A stretch of 64,000 bases of DNA from Armatimonadia bacterium (GTDB lineage: Bacteria > Armatimonadota > Zipacnadia > Zipacnadales > JABUFB01). A program made the position numbers and the translations under genes. Below the pieces are notes generated by a model. The model was not told where the DNA came from, searched no databases, and worked only from the letters and a program-made list of their open reading frames with translations. The stretch spans positions 17,539 to 81,538 of the forward strand of contig JBDKVB010000073.1 in the NCBI GenBank assembly GCA_039679385.1, in the 5' to 3' direction. Of the stretch, positions 38,676-49,400 are shown one piece after another (position 1 is the stretch's first letter; each line of letters begins with the position of its first letter).

Positions 38676-41600
38676 GTGATGCTGCTTGCTGCTTTCATTG
38701 CCTGTCTGGCTACCTCCGCAACACCATCCCTGGCTGACGTCCCACTGCACACCTTCGACGACCTCTCCCTGTGGTCAGCCTACAAGGACGGCGGCAACCC
38801 GCCCGTCTTCACCTCAGACACACAGACCACGCGAGAGGGCAAGGCACTTCGCCTCAAGTACACCGACCGGACGCCGCAATGGGGCAACCTCAACGGCCCG
38901 TGCACTGTTCCACCGGAGGCCGTGGCTCTGCGCTTCTGGATCTACAAGCACTCCGCAGCTCCAGGGGCAGCCATGCATATCTGGCTGTTCGAGCCGGATG
39001 GCGATGGCTGGGTGCAGCGCGTACCCTTCTCCCCCGGCGGGGAGCTTTCGGCGACGCCCACCGGCTGGCAGCAGGTACGCATGCCCATCAGCGCCTTCCG
39101 CTTCGACCCGCGTGGCAAGAGCACCCGACAACTGACCAGTGTGAGCCGCATGCTGATCGGCTGCAACTTCGCCGATCTGGAGGTGACCGTGGATTCGATG
39201 ACCTGGGAGACCGGTCAGACGGCTGAGCCGATACCGCTGCCGACCACGCCGAACCTCAAGATCGAGACAGGAACCAGGGGCGCCCTGGGCATTCTCGACC
39301 TAGGACCGGGACTACCCGCGTCCTTCCGACCGGCTCACAGGCCCACAGAGCTGAGTGCGGTTCTGCGTGCTGCCGGCTTCGGCGTAACGGTACTGAAGCC
39401 CGGTGACTTCGCCGATCCCGCAGTGCTTGCGCCGGCCAAGCTCGATGCGGTCATCCTGCCCTGCGGGCCCTACTTCCCTCAAGCCGCACAGGCCACTTTC
39501 CTGGCCTACGTGAAGGCAGGCGGGAGCTTCCTGTCCTCGGACGGCTATGCCTTCGACCAACTGCTGCAGCTCACGAACAAGGGCTGGTCGGCGTCCGGCG
39601 TAGAGAAGACGGCGGCGGACATGGACAAGCCCGACGAGGCTGCGCCGATGGGTCTCAACAACCGGCTGGGCAAGACCGGCGACTCCATGACCTTCAGCCC
39701 GGACCAGATCCCGGTCTTCGATCCTCAGTTCCAGTTGGAGCACGCGACTCGGCTGCGCCTGTCAGAGGGCTATGGACAGCCCGATTCCGCTGCGGAGGGC
39801 CTCACGAAGGATGCAGCCAGGACGGCCCAGCCCACCTATTCGTCTCTTGCGCCCTTCGAGGGCTTCTCTGCCTGCGTCCTGACCGGCCTCAACAGCGCCG
39901 TCTTCCCGCAGGTGTATCGCCGCTGGGTGCCTGTTCTCGACGCCGTTACCGACGAGGGGCAGGTACGTGGCTGCGGTCTGGCCCTGGCGCTGAACTACAC
40001 CGGTCCCTTCCGAGGCTCCGTATGGGCCTTCTCGGGCTTGGCGGACGGAACGGACCTGTTCCTCGGGGATGCCTCCCGCCGCGACCTTCTCGTGCGTGTA
40101 GTGAGCGACCTCACCGAGAAGGTGTTCCTGCACGAGCTGACCACCGACCTTGCCTGCTACGAGCCCGGAGAGACGCCCCGGGTGTCGGTGAAGCTCTCCA
40201 ACTTCGGCAAGCGACCGGCGGAGCGCAAGCTCTGCATCGCAATCAGCGACGGGACCGTGCTCGAGAAGGAACTGACGATCCAGCCGGGCGAGACCCAGAC
40301 CTTCACAGTCTCAGCATCGACGGCCGAACTGGCCCGTGATGGCGATCTGGTTCCGGTGAGTGCCTGGCTGGCCACAGGAGGTCGCCTCGCTGACCGACTG
40401 GAGACGGCGTACTGCGTGCGCAGCCCACAGGTTCTCGCCTCCGGACCTCGCGTCCGGTGGCAGGGCAACTACATGACCGTCGACGGTCGCGCAACCTTCC
40501 TCATCGGCAGCAACCAGACTGGGATGATGTACTACTCGCCCGATGAGAACCCGCGAACCTGGGACCGTGACTTCCGCAGCATGTCGGACAATGGCTACCA
40601 CGTCCTCCGCATCCTGCACTTCTCCCCTTTCGCCAAGGGGAGCTATGAGAGCGGGTACCGTACCGAGCCACTTGACCTGCTGGAGCGGCCGCAGAAGCTC
40701 GTGCGTCAGATGGACGCCATCGTCCAACTCGCCCAGAAGCACCGCGTGGCCCTCTTCCTTGCCCTCCATGACTGGCAGCCTCTGGCGCTCAGCGACGAGG
40801 AACTCCGAGCACAGGCCGACTGGGACCACTTCTGGGCCGCCCGCTATCGCGACGTTCCGGGCCTCTTCTTCGACGTGCAGAACGAGCCGACGGTCGATGT
40901 GCCTGACCGGCCGGATATCAGGGCGCTGTGGAACAACTTCCTCAAGGACCGCTACGGGAGCGATGAGGCCTTACGGGCTGCCTGGAAGAAGCACCCGCCG
41001 GAGGCCGCGATGCCGGACGTCCCACTCAGTGCCATCACCGACGAATGGGACGATTGCCGCAGTGCCGACCGCAAGCGCTTTGAGGCCGAGATTCTCAACC
41101 GTTGGGTGAAGGCGAATGTGGATGGCCTGAAGTTGGGGAGCCCTGAAGCACCGACCACCGTCGGCTTCCTGCAGTCGATGCCCAACGCCGACAAGCTCCT
41201 GGGCACACGCCACACAGACTTCTCCAACATGCATTTCTACGGGTCGATCCAGAGCCTGGCGCCCCAACTCAAGTTCATCGACCGCCGCTTCGAGGGCAAG
41301 GGCTTCAGCCTCGGCGAGTTTGGCGCCCGGGATGCACACACGGCCCGCAATCAGGGCAGCACACGAGTTCCGGTCGCGGAGTGCACGGACTACTTCCGAA
41401 GTGTCGCGCACTACGTTACGGGCATGGGCGGGGCCTTCGCAGCAGTCTGGTCTTGGAAGGACTTCGACGAGATGGTCTTCCCGTGGGGACTGGTGCATCG
41501 CGAGTCCTGCGTCACCAAGCCCTGGCTCCATGCTTTGCTGCAGAGCTACCTGTTCGCCTCCTTCGCCCAGCCGGTCTATGAAGCGCCCGAGCTATATCTG

Positions 41601-42650
41601 CTGGTCCCAGACCAGAACCGCATCGGGCCGAGGTTCAACGAGATCCACCAGGCCCTGTTTCGCGCCGTCGACCTTCTCCTCGACCAGCGTGTCAACTTCG
41701 GCGTGCTCAACGAGGAAGACCTCAACAAGCTGCCGCCGCAGGCACGGGCGCTTCTGTGGCCTCTCCCCTACTGCCCGACCGATGCCACCTTCGCGCGCGT
41801 CAGAGACTGGGTCAAGGCCGGCGGCACCCTCTACCTGTCGGGAGATGTAGGCTTCGACCCGCAGCGGCAGCCTACCCGCGGTAGTCGCCGTGCTGAGCTC
41901 GGACTTGCAGATACCCCTGCTCTGTCTCCCTTCGACGTGCCCGCCGAAGCCTGGGGCCAGGCTCCTGTCGAGACGCAGGTGGGACAGGGCAAGGTCCTCG
42001 CCGTACCCTATCCACTGGAGCTGCGAGCCCACGAGGCGGACGCCAAGGTGTACACGCGCTTCCTGCGCATGGCCGGCATCGCCGCGATCGAGCTTGTCTG
42101 CGACGAGGCACAGGGGCCCTTCCGCGCCTTGAGCATCCCCACTGCCGGCGGCGGGCGACTGACGATGATAGCTCGCAACAGCAGCAAGCGTGATCTGGCC
42201 CAGGTCACCTTGCCGGCGGCAGGTGTGACTCTGGAGCTTGGCGCCGAGGGATGCGCCTTCGTCCTCCAGGGAGCACAGGGGCAAGTGATCGGTGCGGAGA
42301 CCGACGGGCGCCTGGTCCTCGGCGACCAGAAGGAGGGCTTCGCCTCCGCCGCGGGGCATTTCGGTGTCTGTGCGCTGGACGGCAGAGACCTGCGTCAGTC
42401 GCAGCAGGTGATGGTGTTGCCGGGCGAGTGCGAGACTGTTCGTGTGCCCGGTCTTGCCGGCCTGAGAGGCGGGCAGGTTCGGCTTGGGGTGCCGGCACAA
42501 CTGCAACCGGCGACGGTCTTCTCTGGGTCAGCCCTGTCCTTCGAGCCTGCGGGCACCGGACGCATCGCAGTGGTTGCTGCCGCTACTCAGATGCAGGCAG
42601 CCACCGACAAGGTCCTCGCGCATCTACACCTGCAGACCGCGAACTGGTAA
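38676..42650 (+). CDS. secreted 1324-aa multidomain glycoside hydrolase (clan GH-A TIM barrel) with GATase1-like and beta-sandwich domains
   Basis: Signal peptide (MMLLAAFIACLATSATPSLA). GATase1/GH42-trimerisation-like segment (DAVILPCGPY...YVKAGGSFLS). Clan GH-A acid/base motif FFDVQNEPT and nucleophile region FSLGEFGA. Confidence 0.65.
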   Translation: MMLLAAFIACLATSATPSLADVPLHTFDDLSLWSAYKDGGNPPVFTSDTQTTREGKALRLKYTDRTPQWGNLNGPCTVPPEAVALRFWIYKHSAAPGAAMHIWLFEPDGDGWVQRVPFSPGGELSATPTGWQQVRMPISAFRFDPRGKSTRQLTSVSRMLIGCNFADLEVTVDSMTWETGQTAEPIPLPTTPNLKIETGTRGALGILDLGPGLPASFRPAHRPTELSAVLRAAGFGVTVLKPGDFADPAVLAPAKLDAVILPCGPYFPQAAQATFLAYVKAGGSFLSSDGYAFDQLLQLTNKGWSASGVEKTAADMDKPDEAAPMGLNNRLGKTGDSMTFSPDQIPVFDPQFQLEHATRLRLSEGYGQPDSAAEGLTKDAARTAQPTYSSLAPFEGFSACVLTGLNSAVFPQVYRRWVPVLDAVTDEGQVRGCGLALALNYTGPFRGSVWAFSGLADGTDLFLGDASRRDLLVRVVSDLTEKVFLHELTTDLACYEPGETPRVSVKLSNFGKRPAERKLCIAISDGTVLEKELTIQPGETQTFTVSASTAELARDGDLVPVSAWLATGGRLADRLETAYCVRSPQVLASGPRVRWQGNYMTVDGRATFLIGSNQTGMMYYSPDENPRTWDRDFRSMSDNGYHVLRILHFSPFAKGSYESGYRTEPLDLLERPQKLVRQMDAIVQLAQKHRVALFLALHDWQPLALSDEELRAQADWDHFWAARYRDVPGLFFDVQNEPTVDVPDRPDIRALWNNFLKDRYGSDEALRAAWKKHPPEAAMPDVPLSAITDEWDDCRSADRKRFEAEILNRWVKANVDGLKLGSPEAPTTVGFLQSMPNADKLLGTRHTDFSNMHFYGSIQSLAPQLKFIDRRFEGKGFSLGEFGARDAHTARNQGSTRVPVAECTDYFRSVAHYVTGMGGAFAAVWSWKDFDEMVFPWGLVHRESCVTKPWLHALLQSYLFASFAQPVYEAPELYLLVPDQNRIGPRFNEIHQALFRAVDLLLDQRVNFGVLNEEDLNKLPPQARALLWPLPYCPTDATFARVRDWVKAGGTLYLSGDVGFDPQRQPTRGSRRAELGLADTPALSPFDVPAEAWGQAPVETQVGQGKVLAVPYPLELRAHEADAKVYTRFLRMAGIAAIELVCDEAQGPFRALSIPTAGGGRLTMIARNSSKRDLAQVTLPAAGVTLELGAEGCAFVLQGAQGQVIGAETDGRLVLGDQKEGFASAAGHFGVCALDGRDLRQSQQVMVLPGECETVRVPGLAGLRGGQVRLGVPAQLQPATVFSGSALSFEPAGTGRIAVVAAATQMQAATDKVLAHLHLQTANW

Positions 42651-42773
42651 CAATCTGGCTCCTACCATCTCTGGCGGCATAGCCGTCGTGGCCCCGGGGT
42701 ATGCTCAAGGATAGCTCAATAGGTCCGCCGCATGCCACGGACCACATATGCCAGGGATATGGGAGGTTCCAGT

Positions 42774-43652
42774 ATGTCACACAAATTGGTCTTCGGAGCC
42801 GTGTGCCTGCTGCTCGCGGGGATCGCGCTGTTCATCGCGGGCTGCGGAGGTGGGAGCGGCGTCAGCACGGGTCAGCTACAGGTGGCGCTGACGGACGCTA
42901 CAGGTACCTATGACAAGGTGGTGCTGTCGGTACAGGCGGTTCGCGTTGTGCCGGTCGGGCAGGGAGGTCAGAACACCGGCACCGGCCTGCCGCTGATCGT
43001 GCAGTACCCGACGCCACAGGTCCTGGATGTACTCACCCTCGCCTTCAGCCAGCAGGTGATGGGCTCGGCGGCCGTGCCTGCCGGTGAGTATGAGCAGGTA
43101 CGTCTCGTGCTCGCACCGAACCCGACCACAGGAGACCCGGTCAACTACGTCACGCTCCCTGGCGACCCGAACACCAAGCTCGCCCTGGACACTCCCAGCG
43201 GCCAGCAGTCAGGTCTGAAGGTGCTCGGTCGGTTCGAGGTGAAACCTGGTGTCCTGAACGCCCTTGCCCTCGACTTTGACCCGGCGCGGGCGATTGTCGA
43301 GGCCGGCTCAAGCAACAAGCGGCTGCTCAAGCCCACCGGCATCCGCATTGTGCAGATGAACTCCGTGCTGCCCACCTATGGCAGCGTATCCGGCACGGTC
43401 CTGCCCGACACCACATGGTCCGACGCCGTTGTATCGGTCATCCCGCAGGGACAGGCCCTCCCGATCGCGATCGGATCGGTCGACCCGACAGACGGTCACT
43501 TCGTGGCCTTCCTGCCTGCAGGGACCTACTACCTGAGGATCACGGCGCCCGGCTTCCAGACCTACGATACCTCACAACTGCCGACGCCGGTGTTCTACAC
43601 CGTGACACTTCAGCAGGATACGCCGGCCGGTGACCTCACACTGTCGCCCTAG
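42774..43652 (+). CDS. DUF4382-like lipoprotein with C-terminal carboxypeptidase-regulatory-like beta-sandwich
   Basis: GGGAGG SD. Lipobox FIAGCGGG. LQVALTDATGTYDKVVLSVQAV pattern. C-terminal GSVSGTV...YYLRITAPGFQ. Confidence 0.55.
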   Translation: MSHKLVFGAVCLLLAGIALFIAGCGGGSGVSTGQLQVALTDATGTYDKVVLSVQAVRVVPVGQGGQNTGTGLPLIVQYPTPQVLDVLTLAFSQQVMGSAAVPAGEYEQVRLVLAPNPTTGDPVNYVTLPGDPNTKLALDTPSGQQSGLKVLGRFEVKPGVLNALALDFDPARAIVEAGSSNKRLLKPTGIRIVQMNSVLPTYGSVSGTVLPDTTWSDAVVSVIPQGQALPIAIGSVDPTDGHFVAFLPAGTYYLRITAPGFQTYDTSQLPTPVFYTVTLQQDTPAGDLTLSP

Positions 43653-43682
43653 CCGACGTTCACAAAGGGAGAGCCTTCGGCG

Positions 43683-44249
43683 ATGATCGGGTGCTCGGAG
43701 TTCTGTGGCCACTACTGCTACACTTTCGAGTGGATCCGCGCCAGGGCCGGCGAGGAGGCGCTTCGGGAGTACTGGACGGAGGCCGTGGCGCGTGACTCAC
43801 AACAACACGCTGCGGACCTCATCATCCCTCAGGGGATCGAGGGCATGGTGCAGTACTGGGGTCACACGCTGGCTGAGGAGGAGGCCGGGTATGTCTCAGC
43901 CTATGATGTGGGAGACGAGTCCGGTAAGCCCTACTACCGCATAGACATGTTCGCCTGCCCCTCCCTGGGCTACAACCTCGCTCACGGGTACTCCTACTAT
44001 CATGACTACTGCAGCCATTGCATGGGCTGGATTCAGGACATCATGGACCGGGCGGGCTTCGTCATCCACCACGACCACGACCACCGAGGGCGCTGCTGGT
44101 GGGAGATGAGGCCCGCAGACAACGACCCCGGGCCCTCGGAGCCCGGCGAGCTGACGGGCCGAGACGACGTGCGACTTCTCCCAGACTACGCGGAGGGCAC
44201 GCACCATTGCTGGCAGGCCGGACGTCCCGTTTGTTGGCCCGACAAATGA
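43683..44249 (+). CDS. Cys/His-rich hypothetical protein (possible metal-binding)
   Basis: AGGGAGAG SD. 188 aa with CxxxCxxxC near the N-terminus, CPSLG, YCSHCMGW and HHDHDHRGRCWW. No family recognised. Confidence 0.5.
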   Translation: MIGCSEFCGHYCYTFEWIRARAGEEALREYWTEAVARDSQQHAADLIIPQGIEGMVQYWGHTLAEEEAGYVSAYDVGDESGKPYYRIDMFACPSLGYNLAHGYSYYHDYCSHCMGWIQDIMDRAGFVIHHDHDHRGRCWWEMRPADNDPGPSEPGELTGRDDVRLLPDYAEGTHHCWQAGRPVCWPDK

Positions 44250-44413
44250 CCCGATGCTCGCCGCATGACCTCTCAGAACCCCCGCAGGAGCCTGCGGGGG
44301 TTCTCGCCTTGTGGTCTCGGGGCACCGGAAGCTGAGGTCGACCAAGGGAAAGAGTACCTCGGACGCGAACACTGGTTCATCTGCCGGCAGGCTGCGTATC
44401 GCGATCCTGCCGT

Positions 44414-46360
44414 GTGACAGACCGCAGGGAGACCATGCACCAGCGCTACCGTCGCAAAAGGGCCGCCTTCATGCTCGCGCTCGTCGCCGGTGTAGTTGCC
44501 GCAGTCTGGAGCTACCTACCCGCGGGCGACGTATTGGAACGACTGGAGTTGCGGACGATCGATGCGCGGTTCCTTGCCCGAGGCCCCAAGGCGCCCTCCG
44601 GCCAAGTGGTGATCGTCGAAGTCGACGAGGCGAGCCTGGACAGGATCGGTGGCTGGCAATGGCCACGCCAGACCTTCGGCGAACTCGTCCGTCGTCTGGA
44701 TGCGGCCGGCGCCAGGGCCATCGGGATGGACATCCTCTTTGCGGAGCCGGATGAGGAGCAGGGCGGCGAGGTCTCCGATGCAGTCTTCGCACACGACGTC
44801 CGCAAGTCGGGTAGGGTCTTCCAGGCGCTCGGCGGTCTCCATCAGGAGCCGGGGCTGACACAGGTCCCCGGAGATGCCGCGCGCTTCGCCTGGTCTTCGG
44901 TGCAGACCCGGCCGGGAACGGGCCTTAGCACCGGGGCGATCCTCCAGGAGGTTCTCGACGCCGCCAGCCCATATAAGGATCTTGCCGAGGCGAGCGCTGG
45001 TGCGGGGTTCGTTGACGTGGTGCCTTCGCTCGACGGCGTGTACCGGCAGGTGCTGCCTGTCGTGAAGATGCAGGGGCAGGTCTACCCCTCACTATCCCTG
45101 GCACTTGCGGATTTCGCCCTGGGCGTTAGCCCCAAGGACGTGGTAGTCACAGCCGGCGACAGCATCCGCCTGGGCAACACGCGACGCGTCCCCCTCCAGC
45201 GTGATGGGACCATGTTGATCGACTACGCAGGTCCCAGTCGCACCTTCGCCTACTACTCCGCTGCCGACGTGCTCGAGGCCCCGGAGAGGATCCCCGCAAA
45301 CGCCTTCCGCGACAAGATCGTTCTTGTCGCCGTCACGGCACTGGGTCTCTACGACCTGCGCGCGTGTCCCTTCGGAGCGGTCTTCAACGGAGTAGAGGTG
45401 CAGGCTAACGCGCTGGACAATATCCTTACGGGGCACTTCGTCCAGCGGCTGGGTCCTGAGTGGTCAGCCGCCCTGGCCCTGCTCTGGGCCCTGATCGTCG
45501 GTCTGTGCCTGACGGTGGTATCGCCGCCGCTGTGGGTCCCGGCAACGGTGCTAGGCTTGGTCGTCCACAACCTGACGGCAACCTGGGTGTTCGCGCACAG
45601 TGGGCTCCTGGTTGATATGGTGGTGCCCAGTGTGGGGATTGCCCTTGCACTGGTGACGGTTCCCGCATACCAGTTGGTGGCCGAGGAGGAGCAGCGCCGG
45701 GGCTGGCAGGACACTCTGAGCCGGTTCGTTCCGCGCGAACTGGCCGACAACCTCATGGAGGATGTCGGAGCCCCGGCGGTTCAGGGCGAGATGCGGTCGA
45801 TCACCGTTCTCTTCGCCGACCTGCGCGGGTTCACGGCGGCCAGTGCCAACATCGGTGCGGCGGAGACCGTCGAACTGCTGAACCGCTACTTCCGCCTCAT
45901 GCACGAGGTGATCGAGCAGTTCGGGGGAACTCTGGACAAGTTCGTCGGGGACGGGCTCATGGCGCTCTTCAACGCCCCTCAGGCGCAGATCGACCATGCC
46001 GCTCTGGCGGTCGCGACAGCGCTGGAGATGCAGCGCCAGGTTGAGACGCGTAAGGACGAATGGGAGTTCTACCACATGCCCGAGTTGCGCGTCAGCATCG
46101 GGATCAGTACCGGCGATGCCGTCGTAGGCTATGTGGGGTCCGGCGAGAGGATGCAGTACACTGCCATCGGAGCCCATGTCAACCTCGCCAGCCGTCTCGA
46201 GGAACTTGCCAAGGACTTGGACGTCAAGATAGCCATTAGCCCGGCTACCCATGCCCTGGTTAAGGACGTCGTGGACTGTGCTGAACTGGGAGTATTCGAA
46301 CTGCACAACGTGCCCGCTCCCGTGAAGGTCTATGAGGTCCGAGGATACGGCGCAGGATAG
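44414..46360 (+). CDS. CHASE2-sensor class III adenylate/guanylate cyclase
   Basis: N-terminal TM, CHASE2-like periplasmic region, about 3 TM helices, then a CYCc catalytic domain (ITVLFADLRGFTA...KFVGDGLMALFNAP...GISTGDAVVGYVG). Alternative start at ATG 44435. Confidence 0.8.
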   Translation: MTDRRETMHQRYRRKRAAFMLALVAGVVAAVWSYLPAGDVLERLELRTIDARFLARGPKAPSGQVVIVEVDEASLDRIGGWQWPRQTFGELVRRLDAAGARAIGMDILFAEPDEEQGGEVSDAVFAHDVRKSGRVFQALGGLHQEPGLTQVPGDAARFAWSSVQTRPGTGLSTGAILQEVLDAASPYKDLAEASAGAGFVDVVPSLDGVYRQVLPVVKMQGQVYPSLSLALADFALGVSPKDVVVTAGDSIRLGNTRRVPLQRDGTMLIDYAGPSRTFAYYSAADVLEAPERIPANAFRDKIVLVAVTALGLYDLRACPFGAVFNGVEVQANALDNILTGHFVQRLGPEWSAALALLWALIVGLCLTVVSPPLWVPATVLGLVVHNLTATWVFAHSGLLVDMVVPSVGIALALVTVPAYQLVAEEEQRRGWQDTLSRFVPRELADNLMEDVGAPAVQGEMRSITVLFADLRGFTAASANIGAAETVELLNRYFRLMHEVIEQFGGTLDKFVGDGLMALFNAPQAQIDHAALAVATALEMQRQVETRKDEWEFYHMPELRVSIGISTGDAVVGYVGSGERMQYTAIGAHVNLASRLEELAKDLDVKIAISPATHALVKDVVDCAELGVFELHNVPAPVKVYEVRGYGAG

Positions 46361-46458
46361 CCTTCGCCGGCTAGGGCTAACACGCCGGCGTTCCATCGAC
46401 CTGTCACCTGTCGCGATCTCGCGGCAGAACAACTCAGTCAGAGGAGACGATCCGCGTC

Positions 46459-49400
46459 ATGGTCGCACATCGTACCTGTTCCACCCTCCCACCGACAGCG
46501 ATCTGCAGCCGCCCGCATCCAGCCCACTCCGCCGGGGCGAGCCATCTGATCGCCCTCAGCCTTCTCAGCCTGGCTGTGGTGGCGCTCTTGCCCTTGCTTC
46601 CGTCCCGCGCTTCCGCAGCGCCGGTGACCGCTCTCCTGGAGGATGCCGAGGGCAAGCTCAAGGGTTGGCCCGGCAACGCGGTTGTCGATCCCGACGCCTC
46701 CCAGGGCAAAGCCTCGGTGTGCTGGACGCCGGATGCGCACGCGAACGCCCAGTCCCTCAACTTCGACTTCGCCGGCCGCGGTGTCGAGTTGTCCGAGTGG
46801 GACCGCTTGGTCTTCGATTACAAGATGCCCAAGAGTGGCTGCATCTGGTGGGGTGTCAAGATCGTCGACTTCCCGCTCGGCGACGGCATGCAGGCAACCT
46901 GGCAGCTCACCGACCCCGACGCAACCAAGCCGGGGGTCTGGCACAAGGCCGTCATCGACCTGCAGCACCCGACCTGGCTGTGGGGCGACAAGCCCGACAA
47001 GACGTCTCAGCTCATCATGTTCCGCTGCCAGATGGCTGAGGGTAAGGTCACGCCCATCCTGCTGGACAACCTCCGTCTCGAGCGCGACCCCTTCCGGATC
47101 GAGAAGGTGGAACGACAGGAGCCGGTTCAGGAGGGCGACGTCCTCTACTCCAACTACGAGGTCCGGCTGCAGAACGCCACCGACGACCAGATCACGGTAG
47201 CTGTCGGTCTGCGACATACTGACGCGAACCTCACGGCCGAGGCCGGCCTTCAGGAAGTCGTGATACCCGCTCGGTCCGTGCGGTCCGTCAAGGCGCAGCT
47301 CATCGCTCAGCTCAAGGGGGAAAAGGCCGCTTCCCCACTCACTGCTCTCAGCACAGAGCTCTTCGCACAGGTGAAAGGCATGGCTGACACAGAAAAGACT
47401 GCCGCACTGACCCTTGCCGTCCCGCTGGGGAAACTGCAGCACCCCTTTGCTCTACTGACGAAGCAAGACGTACCTCGCATACTCGAAGCTGTGCAGAAGT
47501 CGCCTGAGGCCAAGGCAGTCTATGACGGCCTCAAGCAGCGTGCCGACTCCTGGCTGACCAAGGCGCCCCAGTATCCCGACCGCGGCGGCCAGTGGTGGCA
47601 CTGGTACACCTGCAAGGCTTGCGGCGGCAAACTGGTCACGAAATCGCCGACGGAGCATGTCTGCGCTGACTGCGGTAAGGTATACACCGGCTGGCCCTAC
47701 GATGATGTGGTCCTGGACCGCGATCATAGTGCTCTCGCCGGCGCCATTCGCGACTGTGGTCTGATGTTCACCCTCACCGGCAACAAGGCCTATGCGGCCA
47801 AGGCCCGCGAGATCCTCATGGGCTACGCCGAGCGGTATCTGAACTACCCACTCCACGACATCAACGGCAAGCCGAACAAGGGCGGCGGCCATGTGGGCCC
47901 GCAGACCCTGGACGAGTCGACGTGGCTCATTCCCGTGGTGCAGGGCTTCGACTGTATCTACGACACCCTCAGCGCCGACGACGTCAAGTACCTCGCCGAC
48001 AAGATGCTGCTTCCGGCGGCCTGGCTCATTCACGACCACCAGTGGGGCATCCACAACATCTGCTGCTGGCATGACTCGGCCTACGGGCTGGTTGGCCTGG
48101 CCCTGGCGGAGCCGACGCTGGCCGCCGATGCGATCGCAGGGCCCAAGGGCTTCCACCAGCAGGTCGAGAAGGGCATCTCCGATGATGGTCTGTGGTATGA
48201 GGGCGCCTGGGGTTACCACTACTACACCATGATGGCGCTGAGCCCGCTTGCAGTCGCTGCCCACAACATCGGCATCGAGATGTACAGCGAACGATACAAG
48301 CGGATGTACGACGCGCCCCTGAAGTTCATGGCCCCCAAGGGTGAGCTGCCGGCCTTCCATGACAGCGGCACCTCCAACGCCCTCGGTTCGGGGAACCTCT
48401 ACGAGATCGCCTATGCTCGCTGGCAGGATCCGATCCATCTGCTGCCTGTGATCCAGGCCGGGCGCAAGAGCCTGGAGACTCTGCTCTACGGAGTCCCGCT
48501 TGGTGCGGAACCCGAGTTCAAGCTGCAGTCCACAGTCTTCCCGGCCGCCGGCTGGGCCATCCTCCGCAGCGGTGACGTGGGCACCAGCCTTGCCGACAAG
48601 CACATCCCGCAGAACTACCTGGCCCTTGACTTCGGCCCCCATGGCGGCGGACACGGGCACCCGGACAAGCTCTCCTTCGTCTTCTATGGCAAGGACACAC
48701 TCCTGGCCGAGGACCCCGGCTGCATCGCCTACGGCAACCCCGCCCACCAGGGCTGGTTCCGCCAGACCGTGAGTCACAACACCGTGGTCGTCAACGGCAA
48801 GAGCCAGCAGGCTTGCACCGGCGAGACGCAGTTCGCCTCCTTCGGAGACGGCATCGGCATCTTCAGCGCACGGGCCGACGGGGCCTATCCGGGAGTCCGC
48901 CTGCGCCGCACCGTGGCCCTCATCGGTGACCGCCTGATCGACGTTTTCCTGTGCCAGGCGACCGAGGGCGAGGCAACCTTCGACTGGTGCTACCACAACC
49001 GAGGCGCCTTCGAGAGCGTCCTGCCTCTGCAGGCGATGACCACAGGCCCCACCGGTGACGGCTACAGCTGGGCAAAGGAGTGGCGACAGGCTGAGGCGAA
49101 TCAGGAGTGGACGGCAGTCTGGCGCGGCGACAAGGCACCCAGCGTTGCCTTCGCTCAAGCTGCCCCCGATGGCTCTCGCGAGGTTCTTGCCGCCATCGGC
49201 ATGGGCAACCCGACGAAGATCAAGGTGCCCTTCGTCGTTTCCCGTCAGAAGGGCAAGAGCGCGCTGTTCTGTTCAGCTATGCAGGTCTTCGATGGACCTG
49301 ACACACCGCAGTTGCAGGTGCGCGTGCTTCCCATCGGCTCCTTCAGCGGCAACGCCGAAGAGCAGCCCGTGGCAGTCGAGGTTACCGGCAACGGTATGCG

